Made by a program: the position numbers and the translations under genes
Notes under the pieces: model-generated
Databases searched by the model: none
Told to the model about the DNA's origin: nothing
The model's input: the letters and a program-made list of their open reading frames with translations, nothing else
Shown: piece after piece, positions 31,063 to 39,704 of the stretch
Layout: every line of letters begins with the position of its first letter
How positions within the stretch are numbered: the stretch's first letter is position 1
Source: Methylococcaceae bacterium
GTDB lineage: Bacteria; Patescibacteriota; Microgenomatia; UBA1400; PJMF01
DNA length: 64,000 nt
Reading direction: 5' to 3'
Assembly (NCBI GenBank): GCA_044370175.1
Contig: JBILVZ010000002.1
Span: forward strand, 8,759 to 72,758

Positions 31063-31553
31063 TAAAAAGCTCAGTTTCAGAAACAATACTGTATACTTCA
31101 TATATGCTCGATGTTAAAAGAATTACACGTACTGATGATCTAGCAACACTGACTCTGGAAATTAATGGTGCCATCTGGGACAGCGAAAATGATCTGAGTG
31201 TCTATACTGTTGTAGGACTAAGAAATTACCTGAGCAGTAATACAGCTTTATTTTTGGCTTGTTTTATAGAAAACCAACTTGCAGGAATTGCCTCAGGCAA
31301 TCTGCTGCTCAAACCCTATGATACTGAACTGTGGCTGTATGTGAACGAAGTCGATGTGGCAGAACCACATCGGCGAAAAGGTGTTGCAACAGCACTGATG
31401 CGAGAATTTTTTGCCATTGCAAGCGAGCGTAACTGCAGAGAAGTTTGGGTGGGGAGTGAAGTAACAAATACCACTGCAAACAAGTTCTATAGATCACTTA
31501 CTCCTTCAGAGATACAGGACTTTACGGGGTATACTTTTAAACCGACTAAATAA
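31026..31553 (+). CDS. GNAT family N-acetyltransferase
   Basis: Acetyl-CoA-binding motif A HRRKGVATALMREF (R/Q-x-x-G-x-A); ~175 aa. Confidence 0.8.
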   Translation: MLGMFSCYCYSIIKSSVSETILYTSYMLDVKRITRTDDLATLTLEINGAIWDSENDLSVYTVVGLRNYLSSNTALFLACFIENQLAGIASGNLLLKPYDTELWLYVNEVDVAEPHRRKGVATALMREFFAIASERNCREVWVGSEVTNTTANKFYRSLTPSEIQDFTGYTFKPTK

Positions 31554-31556
31554 TTA

Positions 31557-32303
31557 GTGCTCATGAAATCACTTCTATATTCAGTAATTACGTTGCTAGC
31601 CTCAATCAAGCACAAATTTGACCTACCTGAGAAGACTGGTGATTTTTTTGTAAAAAATAAGCCCAGCTATATCTCTCAGTTCATTGGCATATACCCACAA
31701 TCAATAACACCGCACTCCATACTGGGTGACAAGAAACACATCGCTCAATTTGGTGCAAAAGATCAAAAGGAGTTTTCATTTTGGGCGTGGAGAAATTGTG
31801 GTATTGCTTGTGTGAAAATGATTCTAGATGTTCGTCAAAAGGCAAAAAACAAATCAATTATGGATTTAACCAAAGAAGGGATCAAGTTAGGTGGATATAT
31901 TGTATATGAAGATACAAAGTTTGTTGATAAAGGCTGGTTCCATCATTCATTGGTCGCTTTGCTTAAAAAATATCAGGTGTCTGCACGAGCTCGAAAATGG
32001 CAGACGATAGAGTCAGTTGCACGAGATATTCTCAATAATAAACTTGTTATTTTATCCGTATTGGTGCCTGGACGAAGACACATTGCAGAAGATGGCTCTT
32101 TCAAACTTAAGCCAGGTGGAAAGTTGAGAGGTCATTTGTTACTTGCAACGGGCGTTCGGATGCTGAAAAAACAAGTTGTTGGCATATTTGCTCATGATCC
32201 AAGAGGTCTAAAAGAATATCAGGAAGACACGTTTATCCCTGCTTCTGTTTTCAAGAAAATCTTTACCAATCGAACGATTATTGCAGACAACGATGTGGAC
32301 TAA
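31557..32303 (+). CDS. Papain-like (peptidase C39-like) domain protein
   Basis: WAWRNCGIACVKMILD resembles the catalytic Cys context (CG.AC) of C39 / Peptidase_C39_2 domains. A downstream His (RGHLLLATG) is a candidate catalytic partner. Confidence 0.4.
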   Translation: MLMKSLLYSVITLLASIKHKFDLPEKTGDFFVKNKPSYISQFIGIYPQSITPHSILGDKKHIAQFGAKDQKEFSFWAWRNCGIACVKMILDVRQKAKNKSIMDLTKEGIKLGGYIVYEDTKFVDKGWFHHSLVALLKKYQVSARARKWQTIESVARDILNNKLVILSVLVPGRRHIAEDGSFKLKPGGKLRGHLLLATGVRMLKKQVVGIFAHDPRGLKEYQEDTFIPASVFKKIFTNRTIIADNDVD

Positions 32304-32340
32304 CTTTTTCAAAGCGCTTAGGTTCAGCTCCAAAACATAG

Positions 32341-32410
32341 CTTGATCAAAGTGATATCGATATTTTTCCATATCAATGGTGTAGTCGCTTCCCACCTCAA
32401 CTCCTTCTGC
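32341..32410. repeat. Copy A of a ~70-bp imperfect direct repeat (partner at 39705..39773)
   Basis: CTTGATCAAAGTGATATC is identical in both copies; overall about 55/70 identical. On the minus strand copy A reads ...EGVEVGSDYTIDMEKYRYHFDQ, joined by a frameshift to an upstream 43-codon ORF that starts with ATG at 32523-32525. Confidence 0.5.
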
Positions 32411-32592
32411 TGCCAATAATGTTTTTTGGGTGCGGGTCACTAGTTAACGAACTGCTTTGTCTATCGCTCGCGTACTCACCCTCAGGTGGAACCAAATCTA
32501 TCCTAACATACTCTCCACTTTTCATAAACTTCAGAAACTAGGTTTTACTCACAAAATCTCAAAAGACGGCAGTATTTTTATTATCGTACCTC

Positions 32593-33123
32593 TTGGGCTT
32601 ACCCAGGAGAAAGGTTCCCATGATTGACCTACTTCTTTCTCTGCTCTGGCAGCTGAGGTATAAAACAAAGCCATCTGATCTGGTTGTCTCAGAACTGCAC
32701 AACGAAGCCACGTTTTATAAAAAGTTTCTTCAAGACCTAAAGACTGCCAAAACTGAGGTGATTATTGAAAGTCCATACATTACTACCCAGCGTATGAAGC
32801 AGCTCAAGCCTGCTTTTGTGCTGTTGGTCAAGAGAAAAATCAAAGTTTACCTGCTTACCAGAGACCCAGATAGCCACGATGAATGGATGCGAACACAAGC
32901 AGAACAAGGTATCAAACAATGCCAACTGCTTGGTATACAAGTGGTCTTAAATAGTCAGTTAAGCCACCGCAAGCTTGCTATAATTGACCGCCAGATTCTC
33001 TGGGAAGGCAGTCTCAACATTCTTTCTCAGTGCCAAAGCCAGGAGATCATGCGCAGAATTGACAGCCAGAGCCAGGCAACTGCCTGTTTTTCATTCATTG
33101 GACTGAGTAAATATGTCTATTAG
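32593..33123 (+). CDS. Single-HKD phospholipase D-family protein (Nuc-like nuclease/phosphodiesterase)
   Basis: HxK(x4)D motif in SHRKLAIID, followed by GS.N (WEGSLNI). 176 aa, consistent with single-HKD Nuc-type enzymes that dimerise. Confidence 0.7.
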   Translation: MGLPRRKVPMIDLLLSLLWQLRYKTKPSDLVVSELHNEATFYKKFLQDLKTAKTEVIIESPYITTQRMKQLKPAFVLLVKRKIKVYLLTRDPDSHDEWMRTQAEQGIKQCQLLGIQVVLNSQLSHRKLAIIDRQILWEGSLNILSQCQSQEIMRRIDSQSQATACFSFIGLSKYVY

Positions 33124-33156
33124 TTAAAACTTGTAATCAAAAGGTATAATACCGCT

Positions 33157-33372
33157 ATGCAACAAGACACTCCTTACCAAATCAATGAAAAAGATATAGA
33201 CCAAGTACTGGCATTCTTAAAAGATACCGATCCTGAAAATGCAACGCCAGAGAAAGCTATTGCACTGCTTGAAGACTTACAAGCTACCATTCACAACATG
33301 AATCACGAGAACCCAGAACAGCTCCAAGCCTTATATGATAGCTTGGCAAAAAATAAGAAAAAAGCTGAGTAA
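33157..33372 (+). CDS. Hypothetical small acidic protein (71 aa)
   Basis: Intact ORF 33 nt after the PLD-like gene; no motif recognised. Confidence 0.3.
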   Translation: MQQDTPYQINEKDIDQVLAFLKDTDPENATPEKAIALLEDLQATIHNMNHENPEQLQALYDSLAKNKKKAE

Positions 33373-33376
33373 ACCT

Positions 33377-33601
33377 TTAAAAGGTCAATACGTCTGAAGA
33401 CTTGATGCCGAGTGCTCCCAAAATCTTTTTGAGGGTTAAAATTGAAGAGATTGCTTCTCCCCGTTCCACTTTTGAGTAGTAGTTACTGTTAATCCCTGCC
33501 TTTTTAGCGAGTTGTGCTTGGGTGAGGTTATTATCAAGACGAGCCTGCTTGAGCTTGGCAATAATCTGTTGATTTGTTTTCTTCTCTTGAGCAGTAAGCA
33601 T
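33377..33601 (-). CDS. XRE-family helix-turn-helix transcriptional regulator
   Basis: LTQAQLAKKAGINSNYYSKVERGEA is the canonical HTH_3/XRE motif; 74 aa. Confidence 0.75.
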   Translation of the reverse strand: MLTAQEKKTNQQIIAKLKQARLDNNLTQAQLAKKAGINSNYYSKVERGEAISSILTLKKILGALGIKSSDVLTF

Positions 33602-33657
33602 ATAGTGTAGTATATCAGGTCATAAGTATCTATTCATTCATTTGAAGAAAGGAAAGT

Positions 33658-34119
33658 ATGACCAATCCAGTTTCAAAGCCTGAAAATCTTTATGCAGTAT
33701 TATTTATAACGAAGCGGATAAATAAAGATTCTGTTGTTACTTTGAATACACAAGAAACTATGTGCAAAAATGCTGCTATAAAAAGTGGGTATCAAGTTAT
33801 TAAGATATTTAGAGAAAAAACCAATTTTTCAATTAAAATCGCTGATAGACCTATCGTCACTGAACTACTTGAATACTGTAAAACACACAGGGGCAAGGTC
33901 AATGCAGTTTTTGTAAATACTCTGGACACTATTTCTGCTGATATTTACGAATATATATCAGTAAGAAAACAATTAAGTGCACATGAAGTATCAATTTTTT
34001 CAGCAACAGAGCCTATTACTAATTATTCTGAAAAAAAGCATGTGGAGACGATACTTTTTGCATTTGCAGAACTGGATAAGGCCGTGCGAACTGGAAAACT
34101 TCCTATCTCGACTGAGTAA
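33658..34119 (+). CDS. Serine-recombinase (resolvase) catalytic-domain-like protein, apparently inactive and lacking the DNA-binding HTH
   Basis: Collinear with Hin/resolvase. FSIKIADRPIVTELLEYC aligns with ISGKIANRPGLKRAL. VFVNTLDTISAD aligns with LVVWKLDRLGRS. IFSATEPI aligns with FHSLTDSIDT. The catalytic YxRVSTxxQ is replaced by LFITKRINK (R8 and S10 not conserved), and the LDRLgR arginines are absent. 153 aa, no C-terminal HTH. Confidence 0.45.
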   Translation: MTNPVSKPENLYAVLFITKRINKDSVVTLNTQETMCKNAAIKSGYQVIKIFREKTNFSIKIADRPIVTELLEYCKTHRGKVNAVFVNTLDTISADIYEYISVRKQLSAHEVSIFSATEPITNYSEKKHVETILFAFAELDKAVRTGKLPISTE

Positions 34120-34333
34120 CTTCTTGCAAAGTTTTTCCATCGAAAATGGATCGTTCGTACTCATCCAGCCAAGTACTAATGAGATAATCTATGCAGGTAA
34201 TTTGGTGCTTTATTTCTTCATCAGTCATTCCCTCAGCACACTTGCCAAGGATCTTACGTGTTTCTTGAATCTCATTTTCATCTTCAATAAATGGATTGTC
34301 AGTATGGTTAACTACCTTTGAATGTCGAAACAT
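34103..34333 (-). CDS. Hypothetical small protein (76 aa)
   Basis: Intact acidic ORF convergent with the resolvase-like gene (16-nt overlap); no motif. Confidence 0.3.
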   Translation of the reverse strand: MFRHSKVVNHTDNPFIEDENEIQETRKILGKCAEGMTDEEIKHQITCIDYLISTWLDEYERSIFDGKTLQEVTQSR

Positions 34334-34423
34334 ACCACCTTTCTTAAATATGATATTTAAAACATGGTTTTAATTTATACCCAGCATCAAATAAATTAAG
34401 CACTTAATATAACAAGTAAATAT

Positions 34424-34966
34424 TCAGTCTTGAAGTAGCTTTGAAATATCCTCCATTAAAAATATTAACTCTGTTGCTGTAATGAAATCAGGAGTAACTG
34501 GCTTTCCTTTTAGGCTTGTGTCAATTGTTTTATCTCTCCATGTTATTGGCTGATCTTTTTTAATAGTTTCTTCTGTAAAATTAAAAGTATTTCCATGAGC
34601 AGCACCATTTCTTAAATGTTTTGCGAATTTATATATTGGCATTGAATTAATCTTATTTTGATATTTAGAAGCTTGTAAAAAATCGAATAACAATATTGCC
34701 ATCATCCTACTTACATACGTCATAAATTTTTTGTTACTAGAAGTGTATGAGCCATCGCTACTTACTCTTAAATTAACTTCTTTGTTATACTCATTTATGC
34801 TTTTAGCAATAGCTGGGTGAATCCTTAAGAATGCAGTTTGAAAATTTGGATTTCCCACAAAGCCAATACTTAGAATGAAGAAGTCAAACATTTTTTTAAT
34901 TGGATCGAAAAGTGGATGAACTTGTATTTTATTGTAATCAACACTCATATTTATATACCCCATCAA
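34424..34966 (-). CDS. HEPN-like / abortive-infection (Abi)-like protein with R-x4-H motif
   Basis: KHLRNGAAHGN contains the R-x4-6-H HEPN catalytic signature in an otherwise helical 180-aa protein. It lies in a very AT-rich stretch next to the recombinase-like and XRE genes. Confidence 0.4.
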   Translation of the reverse strand: MMGYINMSVDYNKIQVHPLFDPIKKMFDFFILSIGFVGNPNFQTAFLRIHPAIAKSINEYNKEVNLRVSSDGSYTSSNKKFMTYVSRMMAILLFDFLQASKYQNKINSMPIYKFAKHLRNGAAHGNTFNFTEETIKKDQPITWRDKTIDTSLKGKPVTPDFITATELIFLMEDISKLLQD

Positions 34967-35067
34967 TATTTACTTTTCTATAATAATCGGCAGCTTTACT
35001 TACTAGTCTTGTATTATTCAGCTTGAATAGGTTTTATTATAAAAAAATTTGTATGTCTAGACATAGT

Positions 35068-35094
35068 AAAACAGCCACCCTTGTGAGGTGGCTG
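35068..35094 (-). terminator. Rho-independent terminator of the 1138-aa surface protein gene
   Basis: Minus-strand CAGCCACC-TCACAAG-GGTGGCTG followed by TTTT (top-strand AAAA at 35067-35070), ~100 nt after the stop at 35194. Confidence 0.6.
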
Positions 35095-35193
35095 TGGTCT
35101 ATAGCTATGTAACTAGTTTAGTACCGCTTAATATCTTAGAAATCAAGATATCAGCAATAATAAAGTTAATTACATAGCTTTCAAACGAAGAAA

Positions 35194-38100
35194 TTAACGC
35201 TGAACAAGTGGGAGGAACAACATATTTTGTGGTGGAGGCGGCGGATCAACTTGGCATTGTGTGGTCGATCCAGGAGAGCCATTGAGTTCACTCTGCCCAG
35301 CCTCATTGAAAGCGCTGACCGCAAAATGGTATTCAGTCTGACATACCAAATTGGCGACAGTGAAACTAGTAACGCCAACCCCAACACGAGCAATCTCTTG
35401 ATATCCTGCACCCATATGTTGCCAAACGATAAAACCAGATTCGTTATCACTGGAATCGTCCCAAAGCACTTGAATGGTTGTATCCGTGTGTCCAGCGGTC
35501 CGAACATTTCTCGTCCACTCAGGAATTGTAGGTTGTTGATGACAACTACGAACCAACCCTGTTACTGAACCGCTCTTGCCATTGAGGAAATCTTTTTCAT
35601 CCTCGGTGTTTAACAACTTTGCAACCACACGGTATGTGTGCTGGCTGCCTTCTGCCCGACCTTCATCGGTGAAACTGTATGACGATTTTCCAACGATACT
35701 AGCCACTTCAGCAATCACTTGCTCATCTCGTAGCACATAGAACTTTTCCTCAAAATTTGAGTAGTCATTCCATGTAATCGTCAGTGATGAACAAGTGGGC
35801 GAATCGATAGCAGTAATCACAGGAATCGCAATTCGCACACCCACGAAAGTCAGGCCAGTCTTCACTTCACCCACTTCGTTACGAGCAGACACTTGCAGAA
35901 TGTATAGCCCAGGTTCAACTCCAGTAACTAACCAGGAAGTTTGACTTTTCCAGCCAGAGCTATATGTTTTTTCACCCAGAAGATCTGCCTTATAATCATT
36001 GGCTCGCTCTGCTGCACGCCAGGCAATATAAATCTGAGCGTCCTCATCAAAAACATTCATTCCTGTCAGCTCAGGCTCTGGAAGAGCGGGCGCAAACGCT
36101 GTACAAGCAGATGTTTGCCCCATTACCCAGCCGACCTGACCAGATTCACCGAATGCATTGGTTGAACTAACCTTGTAGAACTGCTGTGTACCACATTGGA
36201 CTTGATCGGTGAAACTGCGATTGGGCGTGTTGTGTGAGAGGAAAACAAATTCATTCCCGTTCCACTTGTACACCCTGAAACCCACGGTATTTGGTGTGGC
36301 ATGATCCCAAGCCAATGAAATGGAGTCTTCGGTCACGCCGCTGACACGTAAGTTATAGGGCGAAAGTGGAGCACAAGTCGCATTGCCAAAGATCTCGATG
36401 GATGATGTGCGGTTGTTGAGTGAGCCAATGTTTGGAATGTCGCCACTCAAACATTCAGATCGCTCACCTTGAGCTTCATTGTGTTCGTAGAGAATGCCGC
36501 TTTTGCCCACAGGGAACCTTACAGATTGCGCTGTGTCGTTGAAGTAATCTTTTGAACCCAAATTTTCCATGTTGTATACACCCGGGTCAGCACCTGCTGA
36601 CCAAGTATAACTTTGAAAATTTGAGTCATTGTGAAAAACCACACTAGTACGCAGCGTGTTAGGACAATCACCTTGATTGAAAACTTCGATGTCGGTGACT
36701 TGAGCATACAAATCAGATGGCCAACCGCTGGGCAGCGGGTCGCGTGGGGCGTTGTAGCATTCTACGGTACCTCTTTTGCTGCCCTCTCGATAAATTGACA
36801 CAGACATCCCAGAAGGCACTTCAGTCAGCCGGGTCATGGTGTCATTCCAGCCTGGCCCAAAGGCAGGCATTGAATGATATCCAGTACCGAACTGCCAGCA
36901 CCCTGTTGGGCTGCACATCACAATCAAACCTGAACCACCAGTTCCGCAGTCATTGCGGTTGAATGTCTCGATTGATTGAATGGAGTTGTGCCAACCGTGG
37001 TCCTGTAAATTGGGTACCGATTGATCCCAGCATCGCTGCTCACCACCCTTATTATCTCCGCGCCATGTTCTTGCACTCCATCCACTAGGAAGCTGCAGTG
37101 CATAAGAATTGGCATTTGGTGAATTGGAAAAGCCAAGTCCTCCAGACCATTGCACACTTCCACCATAGTTTGCCTGTGCGTATAACTTGGCATACCCCGT
37201 TGAAGTGTCGTTTGATGGATTGCAGTTGAATGACTTGGTCTTAACTGGGTTAAGGTTATGTTGGCTCCAAACAAAGTTGTTGCCTACTTTATCCCAGATT
37301 TCCAAACCAAATTCAACTGAACCATCTGGCACATTCCAAGCACACATGTTCCAGCTATAGCTGTATGGGGCAGTGCTCACTGTGGCGAGATTACGCCAAG
37401 TTCCATTCCACTTTGCTGAGTAGCGGAGTTCTTTAATACCACTATCAGTGTCTTGAACACCAGATACTGCAAGATTTGCAACACCTTGATTGATGGCGAC
37501 AGAAAAGCCTGATGCCAATGGAGGCGCGCAATCTGCGCTAGACGCAAAAGCATTGGAACTTTGGACACCACCACATTGGAATGCACCAATGAAAACATTT
37601 GCCACATGGGTTTGGTTTGCCTTGACAGTGATAGCATCTTGATTGAGGCTATCCTGTGTTAAGTCATTAAAAAACCCAGTAACACTTGTGCCATCAATGT
37701 TATATGCAGTAGCGCGCACTTTTACTTTTAACTGTGCGGGGATATTTTGAATTTCAAAATATCCGTTGATGTCTGTCTTACCACGAGCAATGACATCCTC
37801 CCGCATCAATACCTCAATACTTGCTGCGCCTGACGGTTGTCCATCTCTGTAGACTCTCCCGCCGATACTTCCAAAGCCTTCTGTATTCCATGAAGTTTCT
37901 CCCGGAACCAGAATCTCCCAGGCTGGGATAATTGTCCAGTGATGTCTGTCAGCAATACAGAAAGGCGGAATTTGATCAAAACCACAAGGCACGAAATGGT
38001 AGCCAAGATCAGCTGTAAGCTTTGCATTATCCAGATCAACTTCACCTGGTAATAATGCAATTTCTGTATAATAGAGCTTATTTGCTTCCAGCTTTTTAGC

Positions 38101-38610
38101 ATTTGCTGTCCCAAAAGTCACTTCAAATTCATTGTCAACTTCTGGGAGTACTGCAGTGTCAATGTACCATTCGGGCAAGTTAGATTGAGCCCACTGTGCG
38201 ACTGGAATTCCAGCGACGGTTGCTGTATTTACCCATACGCCCGGAGGAAACTGAGCACCTGTAGTATTGAACGAAAAGCCGTGCTCATAGGTTACTGCAC
38301 TTGAAAAAAGTGAACCATATGCAGCTTGAATTGCGGCAATCCTGTCAGCCGTCCAAATCATTTCCTGACGGATAACTCGATTGCCCTCATAGTTGACATA
38401 GGTGATAACTTTTCCAGCAGCGGGACGAAAATCACCAACGACATCAGTATATGCTTCGCTTGAATCCTCCTTCGTTTGAATTTGAACAGTTGAAATACTC
38501 GTTGGACTAACCTGCGCGACAGCAACAAAACTTTGGCTGGTGAGCATCAAAATGATGAGCACCATGAGCAATTTTTGCTTTGCTTTCACAAAGCTCGGTG
38601 AATCGTTCAC
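35194..38610 (-). CDS. Very large secreted surface protein with fibronectin type III-like repeats, a carboxypeptidase-regulatory-like domain and Trp/Gly-rich beta modules
   Basis: Signal peptide (MLIILMLTSQSFVAVAQV). GGRVYRDGQPSGAASIEVLMREDVIARGKTDINGYFEIQNIPA matches the CarboxypepD_reg fold. Several ~90-aa segments have the FN3 W...Y...A.N..G pattern. Repeated YAQANYGGS / WRGDNKGGEQRCW modules. Strong AGGAGGA ribosome-binding site upstream. Confidence 0.7.
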   Translation of the reverse strand: MNDSPSFVKAKQKLLMVLIILMLTSQSFVAVAQVSPTSISTVQIQTKEDSSEAYTDVVGDFRPAAGKVITYVNYEGNRVIRQEMIWTADRIAAIQAAYGSLFSSAVTYEHGFSFNTTGAQFPPGVWVNTATVAGIPVAQWAQSNLPEWYIDTAVLPEVDNEFEVTFGTANAKKLEANKLYYTEIALLPGEVDLDNAKLTADLGYHFVPCGFDQIPPFCIADRHHWTIIPAWEILVPGETSWNTEGFGSIGGRVYRDGQPSGAASIEVLMREDVIARGKTDINGYFEIQNIPAQLKVKVRATAYNIDGTSVTGFFNDLTQDSLNQDAITVKANQTHVANVFIGAFQCGGVQSSNAFASSADCAPPLASGFSVAINQGVANLAVSGVQDTDSGIKELRYSAKWNGTWRNLATVSTAPYSYSWNMCAWNVPDGSVEFGLEIWDKVGNNFVWSQHNLNPVKTKSFNCNPSNDTSTGYAKLYAQANYGGSVQWSGGLGFSNSPNANSYALQLPSGWSARTWRGDNKGGEQRCWDQSVPNLQDHGWHNSIQSIETFNRNDCGTGGSGLIVMCSPTGCWQFGTGYHSMPAFGPGWNDTMTRLTEVPSGMSVSIYREGSKRGTVECYNAPRDPLPSGWPSDLYAQVTDIEVFNQGDCPNTLRTSVVFHNDSNFQSYTWSAGADPGVYNMENLGSKDYFNDTAQSVRFPVGKSGILYEHNEAQGERSECLSGDIPNIGSLNNRTSSIEIFGNATCAPLSPYNLRVSGVTEDSISLAWDHATPNTVGFRVYKWNGNEFVFLSHNTPNRSFTDQVQCGTQQFYKVSSTNAFGESGQVGWVMGQTSACTAFAPALPEPELTGMNVFDEDAQIYIAWRAAERANDYKADLLGEKTYSSGWKSQTSWLVTGVEPGLYILQVSARNEVGEVKTGLTFVGVRIAIPVITAIDSPTCSSLTITWNDYSNFEEKFYVLRDEQVIAEVASIVGKSSYSFTDEGRAEGSQHTYRVVAKLLNTEDEKDFLNGKSGSVTGLVRSCHQQPTIPEWTRNVRTAGHTDTTIQVLWDDSSDNESGFIVWQHMGAGYQEIARVGVGVTSFTVANLVCQTEYHFAVSAFNEAGQSELNGSPGSTTQCQVDPPPPPQNMLFLPLVQR

Positions 38611-38705
38611 TTAATCCTCCTGTGAACTTGAAACGGGATGGTAAAAAGGCCGATTAGAACCGTTTTTAACGGTACATACTCGGCGAAGTTAAGAGGTAAG
38701 TCTTT

Positions 38706-39392
38706 TTAATAACAATTAATGGGTTCAGAAAAACATGTGTCGCTAGCGGATTTTGTTACTTCTAAGCACACTTTTTCTGATGAATCGTTAGGCGTGTAGA
38801 TAACTTTCCATTTAAAGTCTTTTACAACCTCTTTTGCGTTATGCATTTTAAGAACTTTTGTTGAACATGATGATAGTGGTAGTTGTTGTCTTTCATGGGG
38901 ATAGAGTTTATAAGCGTTACGCAATAATGCACTTTGCTTATCATTGCTGTGGGCATACAACAAACTTACTGCTATGGCAAGAAATACCACTATAATGGTA
39001 GGGCGCATCTTAATTTCTGTTAAAGCAAGATTACTTTTCTTGGCAAATTTTCTAGACATTAGCCATGTAATTGCTAATAGTATTAAAAAAATTAACAGAG
39101 GGTTAATAATTGCCCCTATCATAGGTTTCATTACACCTTCTAAAGGTGCCTGAATGCACCTAAAAAAGTAAGGAAAACTAGGATCATAAATATAACTTTG
39201 ATATAACTTAAAACTTGGTAAGGGAAGATAGCCACAAACAATATCAATTTCATTATATGTATATGCTACATGAGTTCTTGTAAGTCCAGCATAAAACACA
39301 AAAATTGATCCTATTACTAACAGGAAGAATGAAAATAGCTTTTTTCCATAAGTACTCACGCTATTTTTCTCTAATTTTGTATTATGAATCAT
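38706..39392 (-). CDS. Hypothetical membrane protein (228 aa)
   Basis: 3-4 hydrophobic helices, AT-rich codon usage, no motif. Confidence 0.4.
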   Translation of the reverse strand: MIHNTKLEKNSVSTYGKKLFSFFLLVIGSIFVFYAGLTRTHVAYTYNEIDIVCGYLPLPSFKLYQSYIYDPSFPYFFRCIQAPLEGVMKPMIGAIINPLLIFLILLAITWLMSRKFAKKSNLALTEIKMRPTIIVVFLAIAVSLLYAHSNDKQSALLRNAYKLYPHERQQLPLSSCSTKVLKMHNAKEVVKDFKWKVIYTPNDSSEKVCLEVTKSASDTCFSEPINCY

Positions 39393-39704
39393 ACCAAATG
39401 ATTATATATTAAAAATAATATAATTACCTCCAAACTTCACCGAGTATGTAAACTCGAGTAAAATTATAATTTTCTTCGCTTGTTAAAGAGCATTGCCACA
39501 AAATTTGTAGCAATTCAGGTCTCAATAAAAACTCAAACTCCTCAGATTCTGTAAAAAGAAAATTGGAATCATCAGTCTAAATTAAGAACTTGATATTCTA
39601 TCACAATCCTATAACAATTTGCAGGAGTAGCTTTGCTTCATTGACTCAAGTGACTACCAAGGAAATTATGCGATACCACTATCAGATCTCTTACCGATAC
39701 TCTT

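Noticed and set aside
35227-38114. Small ORFs embedded in, or antisense to, the 1138-aa surface protein gene (35227..35568, 35941..36170, 36519..37637, 37806..38114, 35181..35507).
   Set aside because: The long minus-strand frame has a signal peptide, a ribosome-binding site, a terminator and repeated FN3-like modules. The short ORFs have no support.
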